In this document: piece after piece, positions 42,389-55,057 of the stretch
Layout of the letters: each line of letters opens with the position of its first letter
Position numbering within the stretch: position 1 is the stretch's first letter
From: an uncultured Planctomycetota bacterium
Lineage (GTDB): Bacteria; Planctomycetota; Planctomycetia; Isosphaerales; Isosphaeraceae
Length of the DNA stretch: 64,000 nt
Reading direction: 5' to 3'
NCBI GenBank assembly: GCA_963823665.1
Contig: CAWGMQ010000003.1
Location: forward strand, 1,472,001 to 1,536,000
Translations under genes and position numbers: made by a program
The notes under the pieces: model-generated
Told to the model about the DNA's origin: nothing
The model's database searches: none
The model's input: only the letters and a program-made list of their open reading frames with translations

Positions 42389-43144
42389 AGAACCCCGTTC
42401 GACCAGCCTTGACCCTCCTCGGACTGATGCTGCTCGGCGTCGCGTGGGCGCGCCCTGCCTCTGGCCAATCCGAGGCCCCGATCGCGCCCCTGGCACCCGA
42501 GCCGCCCCCCGCGGTGTCAAAGACAGCTTTGCTACGGCCGGGCGAGACCGTCACGCTGCGGGTTCGCCAGGTCATCCCGGTCGATGGGCTGAATCCCGGC
42601 GAGCGGCTCTTGAGTGGGCGCCCCGCGATCATGCCGGGCGACCGCGTGGTCGCCGAGGACGTCCGGCCCGGCGCACCCCCCCGCGCTCATCGGCGGGACG
42701 ATCGTCCACATCGCGCCGCCCAGGCGGTTCGCAAAGCCGGGGCGGGTGACTCTTGAGCTCGGGCAGCTCGCGCAGGCAGCCCCCGGCCGCTCCGAGCTCG
42801 TCCCATGGGTCTTCGACCTCGAGGACCGCCGGTTCAACGTCCAGATGCGGCGGCGGCTGACGCTCGCACTTTTCGCCGCCGAGGGTGTAGGGATCGGAAT
42901 GAGCCTGGGCGCGCAGGCCGGGCCATCGAACCCCGCGTACCTGGGGCTTGGAGCCGGGGTGGGCTTGCTCACCGGCATTGGATACGCCAGCCTCATGCCC
43001 GGGCGCGAGGCCAGCCTGGAACCCGGCGACACGTTCAGGATCACCGTCGGCACGTTGTCCTATCGGCCCCTCGCGCCGTCGCCGCCGCTCTCGCTTCACC
43101 CCGCGCCGGACCCAGCGAAGCGCAGGAAGGAGCACGGCCAATGA
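42385..43144 (+). CDS. Secreted hypothetical protein with glycine-zipper hairpin; frameshift in the C-run near 42676
   Basis: Signal peptide, 'LRPGETVTLRV', 'IGGTIVHIAPPRRFAKPGRVTL', 'GVGIGMSLG...GLGAGVGLLTGIG', 'GREASLEPGDTFRITV'. Confidence 0.7.
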
Positions 43145-43647
43145 GCCGCGCCTGGCCTGTCTACGCCCTGTCCGTGGCGTCCGTGCTGGCGAGCACCGGC
43201 TGCCAGCGCCGGGCCTCCGCCCCCGCCGGCGATCTGCCGCCCGCGTACACCCGGGACAAAATCCTCGACCCGAATCTGGCTGAGGTCGCCAAAGCGTTCG
43301 TGGCCTGGGCCGCTGAGCAGAAGGTGCAGGGCGGGGCCGTATTCGCCAAGGTCGAGATCCTCCCCCCGGCACCGACGATCTTGCCCTACGGCATCGGCAC
43401 ATACCAGAAGCAACTGCGACTGCCCGCGATCATGATCACCGGACCAGGCTGGCGCAACCTCGCTGGTGATGATCGGGAGGCGCTCGCCACGCGCGCGTTC
43501 CAGGAGCTTTCCCGGCTCCTGGAATCGCGTGCCAGCGCCTCGGCCGTTCGCGCAACGGTCACGATCCAGACGCCGCAGGGGTTGGAGCTCTGCTGGATCA
43601 ACGACCTGGAGCCGGGGAGGAAGCTCCTGCATGGAGAGTTCGACTGA
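43141..43647 (+). CDS. Hypothetical lipoprotein
   Basis: ATGA overlap with the previous gene; 'MSRAWPVYALSVASVLASTG-C' lipobox-like. Confidence 0.72.
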   Translation: MSRAWPVYALSVASVLASTGCQRRASAPAGDLPPAYTRDKILDPNLAEVAKAFVAWAAEQKVQGGAVFAKVEILPPAPTILPYGIGTYQKQLRLPAIMITGPGWRNLAGDDREALATRAFQELSRLLESRASASAVRATVTIQTPQGLELCWINDLEPGRKLLHGEFD

Positions 43648-45253
43648 ACCTCGGCACGAGACCGGAATCAAGAAGGCCTCGTTGGCCAACTTGCTGGCGC
43701 TGCGTCCGGCGTTTGCACTGGTCGCGGCCTGGCTGACGACCGCCGGCCACACGGCAAGCTTCCGCGAGATGAACGCCGCCCGCGGTTGGGTGACGGCCGA
43801 AGGCTACACCCTGCACTCGATCTTCCTGCTGGCAATCACCCTGACCTTGGTCGCCGCGCCACGACTCGCGCGCTCGTTCGGCAGCTATCCGCTGGTCGTC
43901 ACCGGGCTCACGATGCTGGCCGGCGGCTCGATCGCCAACGGTGTGCTGCTACACGTACCACGTGAGCTACTCTTGCTCGGCCGCGTGGTCGCCGGAATCG
44001 GCGCGGGGCTGGTGATCCGCTCGGCCCCGCGCATCCTGCCGCCTGGCCAGGAGCGCCACGTCGTCTGGGCGGGCATCGTGCTGCCGGCGGCCGGGCCGGT
44101 CGTCATCGCGCTCGCCGTGGAGTGGTCCCCCTGGTGGTCCTGGCAGGGCGGCTTTCTGTTTGAGCTCGTGCTCGCCACCTTGTCGCTTGCGATCGTGCTC
44201 TCGATCGCCGACCCCGTCGACCTCGACCGGAATTCCCCCGCGGCGCCGGTCGATCGTCTGGACTACCTTCCCGCGGCAGCCGTGGCCGCACTTTCGGTCT
44301 GGTATGTGATGCACTGGGGCCAGCTTCAAGGCTGGCTCGAGGCACCCGACATCACTGCCGCGATCTCAGTCGGTGCAATCGCGCTTTGCGTCCTACTCTG
44401 GATCGTCTGGCCGCGCCTCGATCCGGGCACGCTCCGTGAGGGGCTGCCTCGACTGGGGCTGATCGCCTACGGCGGATTCACCCAGTATTTCAATTCCCTG
44501 GATATGGGCGTTTACGGCGGCTTGCTGGTGAACTTCAGTCCCTGGATGCGCTCGTGGCTGATCCTGTCGCTCCCGGTTGGGTCTGCCGCGGCGCTCGCGC
44601 TCGGCCGGATCATCTGGCAGAAACGGTCGCCCGGCTTCGCCGGTGCCGCGCTCGGATTACTCGTCCTGGCCGCCGGGATGGGCCTTTCTCATCACAACAC
44701 GATGAACTGGCCGTTCTGGAGCCTGCTCAACACGGTCGAATTCAACTGGTTCGCCGCCCCCCAGCACTGGGAGCTCGCTCTGCCGCGGTTCTTGATGGGC
44801 TTTGGCAGCGGGATGGTACTCCTGGCGATGACGACTCGCACCAGTCAAGAACCACAGCGCGAGGCACGAATCCGGCCTTTCCTCCAGGTCGCGCAGTTCG
44901 CGGGCGGTACGCTCAGTGTCGGCGTTCTCGTGACGGTGCTCCTGGCGGAGCACCAAGTCCAGTACTCCTACGTCGCTGACCGGGGTTTCATCCAGGCGGT
45001 CGAGCGCGGCGATCGGAACTCACGGGTCGCCGCCCACCTGTTAAACCCCGGCACAGGCGCGGTCCAGCGACGGGCCGAAGCGCTGGAATTCCAGGCCGTC
45101 AACTACGAAGCTGACAACCTCGTCTTCGCGACCATCTACGGAGGATTCCTGGTTGTCTCGTTGGTGCTGGCCGTCGTTTGCGGCGTCTATTCACTGCTGC
45201 GGTACCTCTCGCCGCCGTCGTCTTCGTCTTCGCCTGCCGTAGCCCGCTTTTGA
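43631..45253 (+). CDS. Divergent MFS transporter (EmrB/DHA2-like)
   Basis: Many TM segments, 'APRLARSFG', 'LLLLGRVVAGIGAG', 'SWQGGF', 'WGQLQGW', long loop before the last TM. Confidence 0.78.
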   Translation: MESSTEPRHETGIKKASLANLLALRPAFALVAAWLTTAGHTASFREMNAARGWVTAEGYTLHSIFLLAITLTLVAAPRLARSFGSYPLVVTGLTMLAGGSIANGVLLHVPRELLLLGRVVAGIGAGLVIRSAPRILPPGQERHVVWAGIVLPAAGPVVIALAVEWSPWWSWQGGFLFELVLATLSLAIVLSIADPVDLDRNSPAAPVDRLDYLPAAAVAALSVWYVMHWGQLQGWLEAPDITAAISVGAIALCVLLWIVWPRLDPGTLREGLPRLGLIAYGGFTQYFNSLDMGVYGGLLVNFSPWMRSWLILSLPVGSAAALALGRIIWQKRSPGFAGAALGLLVLAAGMGLSHHNTMNWPFWSLLNTVEFNWFAAPQHWELALPRFLMGFGSGMVLLAMTTRTSQEPQREARIRPFLQVAQFAGGTLSVGVLVTVLLAEHQVQYSYVADRGFIQAVERGDRNSRVAAHLLNPGTGAVQRRAEALEFQAVNYEADNLVFATIYGGFLVVSLVLAVVCGVYSLLRYLSPPSSSSSPAVARF

Positions 45254-45469
45254 CTCATTACTTTCACCTTGGAAGATTTTGACCGTGACTTTCGCCTCAA
45301 GCACGGCCTCCCACTTCGGTCATGAGCTACCATATTCAATGTGTAAGAGGGCCTGGTGAGAGGTCCGTGACGCCAGAGGATATAAAGAAGTAAAACCAGA
45401 TCTTCCGGATTCGCCGGTGGGCGCTGTAGTCAGCCGAGTGACTCGAAACTCGGGCGGCACCGCTTACGG

Positions 45470-45498
45470 GCAGCCATCCACTCGTCATGGATGGCTGC
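45470..45498. terminator. 11-bp hairpin downstream of katG, between convergent genes
   Basis: GCAGCCATCCA-ctcgtca-TGGATGGCTGC; no clear U-tract. Confidence 0.45.
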
Positions 45499-45522
45499 TC
45501 GGGCGCGATGTGCTCACCCCCC

Positions 45523-47995
<2,473 letters not shown>

Positions 47996-48009
47996 TCAGC
48001 GGCGTTGCC

Positions 48010-48238
48010 TCAAGCAACCTCCACCGCTGCGTACACCTTCCCTGTCTTCGTCAACCACGCGACGTCACCCCGCTCGGCGTGCTCCTTGACGTCTCGGAGG
48101 AGCTGAATCGTTTCCGATTCGTAGCACGGCTCGCTCGGGTCGTCGATTGGGACAACCAGCTCGACATCCACCGCCACGACATACTTCTCGGTTTGAATCA
48201 GTCGTATCCGGGTGATCCGTTGCCCCCGGAATGCGCAT
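48010..48238 (-). CDS. Small conserved hypothetical (putative antitoxin-like) protein; extra G near 48225, absent from the ORF track
   Basis: Corrected translation MRIPGQRITRIRLIQTEKYVVAVDVELVVPIDDPSEPCYESETIQLLRDVKEHAERGDVAWLTKTGKVYAAVEVA*. Confidence 0.6.
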
Positions 48239-48535
48239 GTTTACCCTTTGTCGAAGATGCGGACGGTCACCAGGTCGGCCCCCCCCGAGTGCTCAATTTT
48301 GGCTGGCCAACCTCGAGGAGTAGGCATCTCATTGGTACACCAAGTTTAACTGGACGCAAGAGTGCTGATCGTGCGAACATTTGTCCGCGCTAAAGCATCA
48401 AAGTCCTTTGGAAGAAAAGCGCTAGTCAAGTCGATCCGATTCAGTCAGAACGAGTGCCTGGCTATCATTTACCACTTGTGGCGATATCATGAAGCGAGGA
48501 AACCCGCAATCCGGCCCAAAGCACCGAGAACCCCA

Positions 48536-48598
48536 GTGTCTGTCGTCATTCCGGCCAAAACACTTCGAGACGCCGGGTTGACCGAGCGTGAGGCTCTA
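48536..48598 (+). pseudogene. Possible N-terminal remnant of a UPF0175-type antitoxin
   Basis: 'VSVVIPAKTLRDAGLTEREAL' resembles UPF0175 N-termini, then similarity stops. Confidence 0.4.
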
Positions 48599-49148
48599 AG
48601 CGCGGATCACCCGGTATTTGGATCAACCAAACACAAACAACAGGAATGACGTGCACCCGTGATGCCACTCGGGGGGTGCATTGCCAGCAAACCACCTCAA
48701 ATCGTTCTTTGGGACCGCCCGACGGTCGCCGCACTTCTAAGGGTCCCACCCGCGCCGACCTCGACGGATGCCCCGCGCGAGCAAGGTCGTGCATCCGGTT
48801 GCTTTCGTTGCGAGCAGATGATAACATCGCCCCCGTTGGCAACATATATCGCTGTCTCCGTCGAGGTGGCCTCATATCCGCACAGTGGGCTGTGGGGATT
48901 TGGAGTGCGCATCGGGTGCGATCATAACCAAGCGATTGAGTAGACTAAGTGGTCTGTGTCGACATGCAAAGAATGCCCTTTAGCGTATCGCATCCAACCG
49001 CTGCCGATCGACGTGGGGGCCAGCCAGATCACGGTTAGACTCGTCATGCTCCGCGAGGATCTCAATCCCGGCTTCTTCGATCGCCCCTTGTCCCCGATCT
49101 CGCAGAAACTCGAGCCGACCGCATTCACGATCAACCTTCTGGCAAGCC

Positions 49149-50075
49149 ATGGCTAAGAAGAACGCCTCTCCTCCAAAACAACTTCCGACGGTTTTTATAG
49201 GCTCGTCGGTGGAGGGCTTGAAGATCGCCCAAGCCATCAGTGCCAACCTGGAGCACGTGGCGAAAGCGGACATCTGGTCGAACGCATTCGATCTGTCCCT
49301 CACGACGGTGGAATCGCTCGAGAAGGCCGCGGCGGAGCATCGATTCGCCATATTCGTTTTGACGGCGGACGACGAGATCAAATATCGTGGAGCGAAGCTC
49401 AGGGCCGCTCGCGCCAACGTTCTCTGGGAGCACGGCTTTTTCTCTGGCAAGAACGGCCGCAACAGCACGTTCATCGTCATGCCGAGGGGTCTGCCGGACT
49501 TCAAGCTTCCAACCGACCTCCTCGGGATAACGACCGCTACGTACGACCCAGAGCGGCTGGGCGAAGACCCGCGATCCGCGCTGCAGACAGCCTGTTACGA
49601 GATCACGCTGGTGATCGAGAAGGTGAGTCAGACATCACAAAGCGCCAATGAACGCATTGTCGGCTCGAAGGATGAAAATCGCGCGTTCGCGTTGATCTAT
49701 CCGTCGCTTCAACAATCCCAGAGAGACTTGAACCGGCTCGCCGCATTGATTCCTGCGATGACTTCTGGAATAGACACAAAGGCGATTATTCACTCCTTAC
49801 AAGAGCAAGCACTTGCAACTCGACAATCGTTGAATGACGTAAAGGTCCACCTGGCCGCCGCCAAGGAAGATTTGCCAAAATCCATGAACGATGCGGCGAC
49901 CCGTTTTCTAAATGCCGGAATAGGTTACCTGCATTCTGTTGCAATCAATTATGGCAACGAGACGCGCACCGCGGAAGAGATTGGTGAGGAACAACGCATA
50001 AAGGCATCGGAGCTGGTGAAGGCCATAGAGGCCTTGGAAAAGCAGTCAAACAAGCAGATCGAAGGCCCCAAATGA
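49149..50075 (+). CDS. CAP12/Pycsar-type TIR-domain protein with unknown helical C-terminal domain
   Basis: 'VFIGSSVEGLKIA', 'FAIFVLTADD', 'RANVLWEHGFFSG', 'KLPTDLLGIT'. Confidence 0.85.
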   Translation: MAKKNASPPKQLPTVFIGSSVEGLKIAQAISANLEHVAKADIWSNAFDLSLTTVESLEKAAAEHRFAIFVLTADDEIKYRGAKLRAARANVLWEHGFFSGKNGRNSTFIVMPRGLPDFKLPTDLLGITTATYDPERLGEDPRSALQTACYEITLVIEKVSQTSQSANERIVGSKDENRAFALIYPSLQQSQRDLNRLAALIPAMTSGIDTKAIIHSLQEQALATRQSLNDVKVHLAAAKEDLPKSMNDAATRFLNAGIGYLHSVAINYGNETRTAEEIGEEQRIKASELVKAIEALEKQSNKQIEGPK

Positions 50076-50288
50076 AGAAATGCAATGATTGGCCAGACAC
50101 CAAGAATTGAGCTTTTGCGGTAGCCGGCCGGATTCCGTCAGCGTGATCGCCGAACGGAACCTTGCCCAGTTAGCGCCGATCGCGTCACCTGACTGCATGG
50201 CCGTTCGATAACCCACTGGTTTGGGTGGCACTCGCGCGGCCAGTGTTGCGCGACGGTTGGGCCGGGGTCCTGGAATCGCCAAAATCAT

Positions 50289-52592
50289 TTAACGCCGCTC
50301 CCCTTTAACCACCTCCACCGCCCTCTCGAGCAGCTCATCCCGCCCCCGCGCCACCCCCTCCACCGTCCTCGACACCGGCACCGTCGGTTGAATCCCGATC
50401 CCATGATGCCGCGAGCCGTCGTGCTTGAGCACCTTCATCCCCGTCCAGATCAAGCGGTAGCCGCCGGGCAGCGCCACCGGATTGATATTGCCGTTGGTCC
50501 CTGCCGTCGGCCCACCCACGATCGCTCCCAGCTTCTCGTGCTCGATGATCCCCATGCACGACTCGGCATAGCTGATCGCCCGGCCGTCCGTGATAAACGC
50601 CCGCTTCGCCTTGAAGTAAGGACCCCTGGGCGAGATCTGCCACTCGCCTTGCCGGCGGAAGGTCAGGTCCGTCTGATCGGGATACGTGAAGACAGGAAAA
50701 TTCCACTGCTGGCTCGTGACCTGGTGATCGACGAGATGAGGGAAAAACGCAAACGGACTAAGCCTGCTGGGATAGCCGCGAAAGTCGAACACAATTCCTT
50801 TGCCCTTCTCCAGGCGCGGTAAGGCTTCGGTGAAATCGCGGTCGTCGATCCGGCCCACGTCAACGTAAAAAATTCCCGGCTCGATCTCGTGAATCTTGGG
50901 CGGCCGCGGCTCGGCCAGCCGCTCGTTTCCCTGCGTTCGTGAAACGCGCACCGTACGAACCCGCCCCTCGCCGTCTTCGACCTCCAGCGAAACCTCGCGT
51001 GCCTCCTCGCCCGCGAGCAGCTCCGCCAGCCCCCGATAGCGCCGCCATTGCTCGGTCGCACCGGAAATGGCACGCTCCGCCTCGGCCAGTGCATCTGCCG
51101 CCGGCCGCCCATCGATCGCCACCACGACCGTCCCCGCCTTGAGGCTCTTCGCCTCGCTCGGCGCGTCTTCGGCGACGTGCGTGATCACCAATCGCCCCTG
51201 CACCCAATCCCACACCAAAGGCAGGGTCAACCTTGACGCGCCAGGTGCGTTGGCAATGACTACGTTCCCGTGCCCGTCGTGCAGGGCGGCGATCATCAGG
51301 CGCAGCGTGCGCAGAAACGCCCGCTCGTCAGCATCAACGGCCGCAGCCGCGAGGGCCTCGCGTAGCGCCGCCGGCCAATCCGTCTGGACGACGTCAAAAT
51401 AAGGATAGAAGTGCTGGAGAATGTTCCACGCCAGCGCCACCGCCGCCAGACGAGTTGCGCGGTCCTCGGCCGAGAGGCGCGCCTGCCGCCCCGGCTTCTC
51501 CGGCTTCTTTCCCAAGGGCAACGTGCCTTGCTCGTCGGCGTAGAGCGCCACCGGAACGAAGCAGCACACCCCGCCGCCCAGATCGGCGAAATAAGGCTTC
51601 GCGGGGTCAGGCCGGCCCGCGGGCAGCTTCCCGTCTTCGAGTTTCGTTCGAACGCGCTGGCTCTGGTAGGCCGAGACCATTCCCGAGACCAAACCGGTCC
51701 CGCCGTATCCGAGATGCTCCCATGCCACGACGCGGAAGCCCTCTCCTCTCGGACGGGTGGTCAACTCCTCAGGCACCGGCGGGACCATGCCCGACACGAA
51801 GACGCGCACCGTCGGCGCAACCGGGCGGACAAATTCCTGGAGCCGCCGCGCCAGCTCCTCGGGACTGCCCGCCGACTCGACCGCGCGCATCCCCTCCACG
51901 GCGAGCCGATCCCAGTCGGCCTCGGCAGCCTGGTCGCTCGGGTGGAAGTGACGCACATAGCCCAGCAGCCGTGTAAACGCCACCAGGTTCTGCAACCCCC
52001 GCCCTGCGAGAGGCCGCGCCGGCTCCGCGGTCGCGGTGGGCGCGTCGCCAAGAGCCTTCAGCGAAACATCGTCGATCCAGGCCGGAGCTGACCCAGAAAC
52101 GATCAACCCCAGCACAATCAACTCGGCGTCCTTGGCCACATCCCCCACGATCTCAAAATCGCCCCACGTCTTGCCTCGAATCGGCCGGTCGCCCATGTTG
52201 TCAAAGAAACCCGGTCGCCCCCCGGCGCGATCCACCCGCAGCCAGAGCTGCGCCTGGTCGAGCGGACCCGCGGCATCGATCCGCACCGCCGCCTTGAAAC
52301 GGATCATCTTCCCCCGGTAAGGCGCCGCGTCGAACTGTTGCAGCAAGACCTGGAATCGCGGCGGGTTCTCCACTCGCTCGCCGAGCCCGACCCGAACGCA
52401 ATGCTTCCCCCGCCTGGGGTTGTCGGCCGAGACGGTCGCCGTCCCGCCCTTCGTCGTGAGCATCCATCCGGCGGGCGCCGCGCCGACGTCGCCCTCCTCG
52501 AAATCCGCGTTTTTCAAGCCCGAGTCATCCCGACCACCCGCGGACCCCAGCAACAGACAGGAGACCATCCCGATACCGAGCGCAATGTGCAT
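50289..52592 (-). CDS. Secreted S41 family peptidase with N-terminal CBM-like domain and PDZ
   Basis: 'HFYPYF', 'LHDGHG', 'FDFRGYP', 'ITDGRAISYAES', 'VGGPTAGTNG', 'GIQPTVPV'. Confidence 0.9.
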   Translation of the reverse strand: MHIALGIGMVSCLLLGSAGGRDDSGLKNADFEEGDVGAAPAGWMLTTKGGTATVSADNPRRGKHCVRVGLGERVENPPRFQVLLQQFDAAPYRGKMIRFKAAVRIDAAGPLDQAQLWLRVDRAGGRPGFFDNMGDRPIRGKTWGDFEIVGDVAKDAELIVLGLIVSGSAPAWIDDVSLKALGDAPTATAEPARPLAGRGLQNLVAFTRLLGYVRHFHPSDQAAEADWDRLAVEGMRAVESAGSPEELARRLQEFVRPVAPTVRVFVSGMVPPVPEELTTRPRGEGFRVVAWEHLGYGGTGLVSGMVSAYQSQRVRTKLEDGKLPAGRPDPAKPYFADLGGGVCCFVPVALYADEQGTLPLGKKPEKPGRQARLSAEDRATRLAAVALAWNILQHFYPYFDVVQTDWPAALREALAAAAVDADERAFLRTLRLMIAALHDGHGNVVIANAPGASRLTLPLVWDWVQGRLVITHVAEDAPSEAKSLKAGTVVVAIDGRPAADALAEAERAISGATEQWRRYRGLAELLAGEEAREVSLEVEDGEGRVRTVRVSRTQGNERLAEPRPPKIHEIEPGIFYVDVGRIDDRDFTEALPRLEKGKGIVFDFRGYPSRLSPFAFFPHLVDHQVTSQQWNFPVFTYPDQTDLTFRRQGEWQISPRGPYFKAKRAFITDGRAISYAESCMGIIEHEKLGAIVGGPTAGTNGNINPVALPGGYRLIWTGMKVLKHDGSRHHGIGIQPTVPVSRTVEGVARGRDELLERAVEVVKGERR

Positions 52593-52865
52593 GGCTCACA
52601 GCTCCCAACGTAACAAGCCGGCTTTGCTCCGGATGCATTCCGACCGATAGCTCGGTGCCCATGATACCATCCGAGCGAGCGTTGCGACCCTTGTATCGGG
52701 AGCGCGAGGCTCCCGCCGAGCCGCGAAGGCGTTGACCATCAATCAGGCGCTCCATGCCGCCCCCAGCTCGGGTGCGAATTTCCGCCTTCACGACTCGGCT
52801 CTCGACCTGTATTCTCTTTCCCCTGCCGGACCCGGTCCATTCTCTGTCCTCCGCGAGCTCCCACG

Positions 52866-53420
52866 ATGACACCGAGCAACCCCCGAAGACGAACGGTGCG
52901 TAACGACCTGTTCGACTGTCTCGAAGATCGAGTGCTCTTGAATGGCGCGGAGTCTCGAGCGCCGGCGGCCGAAGTTCGCAAATTGCCTGCAACCGCGACC
53001 ACTCCGAAAACGCTGCACTTGAAGCTCAAGGGCAATGTTCAGCTCATCAATATGTCACCGACAACGTACGAGATGTCCCTGACCGGAAATGCCAAGGGCC
53101 TGGGCCATCTTCAGTTCGCTGGAACGTACGTCGCCGGGGCGCCGACGATCACAAACGGGCATGAGGTCATCCAGATCTCACAAGGAAACACCAGCCTGAC
53201 CGACTCGAGGGGCGGCTTGTTGTACTTCGCCTTCAGTGGCAATACGGTCTACTGCGGCCGCGCAGGCCATTACACGGCGACAGATAAATTGAGCGGCAAG
53301 GTCACGGGCGGAGCCGGCCAGTTCGCCGGCATGACGGGAACCATGCAAGCCACCGGCGCCGCGAAGGAGCACGCACAGTTTCAGCTCACCCTGACTGTTC
53401 GATTGCAGCCGTTGTCGTGA
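52866..53420 (+). CDS. Planctomycete extracellular protein with LEPRxLL-type signal
   Basis: 'RRR...FDCLEDRVLL' followed by a beta-rich domain 'VTGGAGQFAGMTG'. Confidence 0.72.
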   Translation: MTPSNPRRRTVRNDLFDCLEDRVLLNGAESRAPAAEVRKLPATATTPKTLHLKLKGNVQLINMSPTTYEMSLTGNAKGLGHLQFAGTYVAGAPTITNGHEVIQISQGNTSLTDSRGGLLYFAFSGNTVYCGRAGHYTATDKLSGKVTGGAGQFAGMTGTMQATGAAKEHAQFQLTLTVRLQPLS

Positions 53421-53448
53421 GTGATGTGTGTGCTCACATGTTTCCTCA

Positions 53449-54318
53449 TTACGACTCTGCACCCTGTCCAGCACACGCCGACTTCGGCTCGCCGGTCTGC
53501 TGCGGGAACAACCCATACACAATTGACTTGATCCTCGCCCCCAGCGCATCGACTTCGGCTTTGGGCAATCCCCACGTCGACAGCGCCAGATACAGAAACG
53601 ATCCGCTACCGGGAACGGTCGCCATTTCGATATTCAGAATCGATTTGTTCAGGCTTTCCACGAGCGCCGTGAACGTCTTCCCCGGGACGTAGCCTCGCAC
53701 CTCGCCCGCAAGAGCGTCTCCGCCGGCGGTGACGAATCGGAAGGGAGCCCCGATCGACAGGTCATCCAGCCGGCCTTCCTTCACGAGCCCCTCCGGGCTC
53801 ATCAACTTCTTCCAAGCCTCCGCCGTTGAGACAGCAAGCATCGCGTAGACCACGACGTTATGCGCCGCCTCGCCGCAATGGTGCTCCAGGTAGTGCTTGA
53901 GCGTCCTGTGGAACATGTCCCAGCCGTGGAACGTGCCGTCGTATTCGTGATCCCAGCTCGGCCCTTCGCCGAATCCCGAGGCAACCATCCGCACCCGGGT
54001 GATTCCGCCCTCACTTTCGAGGTACCAGTCCGTGGCATAAGGCTCGGCCGGTTCGCCGGAGCCGGGCTGCGCGAGCTCGGGCCGATTGGACTCGGTGCGT
54101 AAATGCACGTTCGGCTTCCAGATGACGATCGTGTGCGAGCCCTTGGCGCCACCGCCCCAGTCAACGTGCTGCTGGCCGCCGACACCGCTCTCGCAGGTCG
54201 CGTCCAAGCAGAACCACCGGGTGAGCTCCTCGCCCTCGGTGATGGCCTTCCAGACCACTTCCGGCGGCGCGGCGACTTCGAACTTCTTTTCGTAAGAACG
54301 GCCCTTCTTCGCGCTCAT
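53449..54318 (-). CDS. Double SRPBCC (AHSA1-like) domain protein
   Basis: 'APPEVVWKAITEGEELTRWF', 'GWDMFHRTLKHYLEH', second repeat 'AEAWKKL'. Confidence 0.85.
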   Translation of the reverse strand: MSAKKGRSYEKKFEVAAPPEVVWKAITEGEELTRWFCLDATCESGVGGQQHVDWGGGAKGSHTIVIWKPNVHLRTESNRPELAQPGSGEPAEPYATDWYLESEGGITRVRMVASGFGEGPSWDHEYDGTFHGWDMFHRTLKHYLEHHCGEAAHNVVVYAMLAVSTAEAWKKLMSPEGLVKEGRLDDLSIGAPFRFVTAGGDALAGEVRGYVPGKTFTALVESLNKSILNIEMATVPGSGSFLYLALSTWGLPKAEVDALGARIKSIVYGLFPQQTGEPKSACAGQGAES

Positions 54319-54965
54319 GGTCGAGGCTCCTCGATTGGAAGCGAGGCAACCTCTGCGGCCGCCTCTTTATCGGTCTTTGTGATCGCCGGGTACGCACCCA
54401 GCACAAATCGGAACAAACGCCCCTGCGGCGCCCGTTCGTCGTGATAACGAACGGCCAGCTCCGCCACCTTTTCGGCCAGCTCGCGAGTAAATGCATCGCG
54501 GGCACTGGCGCTCGCAAACCGCACCTCAGTTTCCAGCGTGAACGTGGCCAGCCGCTTGGCAGCGCGATCAGCGCGGCCGCGCAGAATGCCCAGGTCGCGA
54601 ACAACCCGCGCCGCGGCCGCGACCAGATACGCCCAGGAAAACCGGTCCTGCAACCGCTTCGGGTCAGGCTCAACGGCCCCCATGACCTCGGGGCTGATCA
54701 AAAACGCCGATGCCGCCGCACGCACCAGACGCTCCTTCAATCCCGCCCGCGGACGCTCGGCGACGAACTGCAAGAGCCCCGCCGCCTCGAGAGCCTTCAG
54801 ATGGTAGTTGAGCACCTGCCGCGGCACGCCCAGCCGCCGCGAAAGCCCCGAAGCCGAATCCGGCTCCATCAACTGCTCGAGCAGCTTGAGCCGCAACGGA
54901 TGACTGAACAAGCTCGCCGCTTGGTCTGCTCGCCGCAACACATCAACCTCAATCGCCGCTGGCAT
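54315..54965 (-). CDS. ArsR-type winged-helix transcriptional regulator
   Basis: 'HPLRLKLLEQL.EPDSASGLSRRLGVPRQVLNYHLKALEAAGL'; ATGA overlap with the SRPBCC gene. Confidence 0.88.
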   Translation of the reverse strand: MPAAIEVDVLRRADQAASLFSHPLRLKLLEQLMEPDSASGLSRRLGVPRQVLNYHLKALEAAGLLQFVAERPRAGLKERLVRAAASAFLISPEVMGAVEPDPKRLQDRFSWAYLVAAAARVVRDLGILRGRADRAAKRLATFTLETEVRFASASARDAFTRELAEKVAELAVRYHDERAPQGRLFRFVLGAYPAITKTDKEAAAEVASLPIEEPRP

Positions 54966-55057
54966 CGAATGGAGTTCCTCTCCGTGACCGAATGGCGAAG
55001 AACCGCGATGGCATACCAGTGCGCACCGCCAGTTGAATCACGCGTGAGAGTCTGCCA

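Noticed and set aside
48646..49156. Small ORFs upstream of the TIR gene as possible cyclase or partner genes
   Set aside because: No nucleotidyltransferase, cyclase or other motifs, and none has a convincing start or composition
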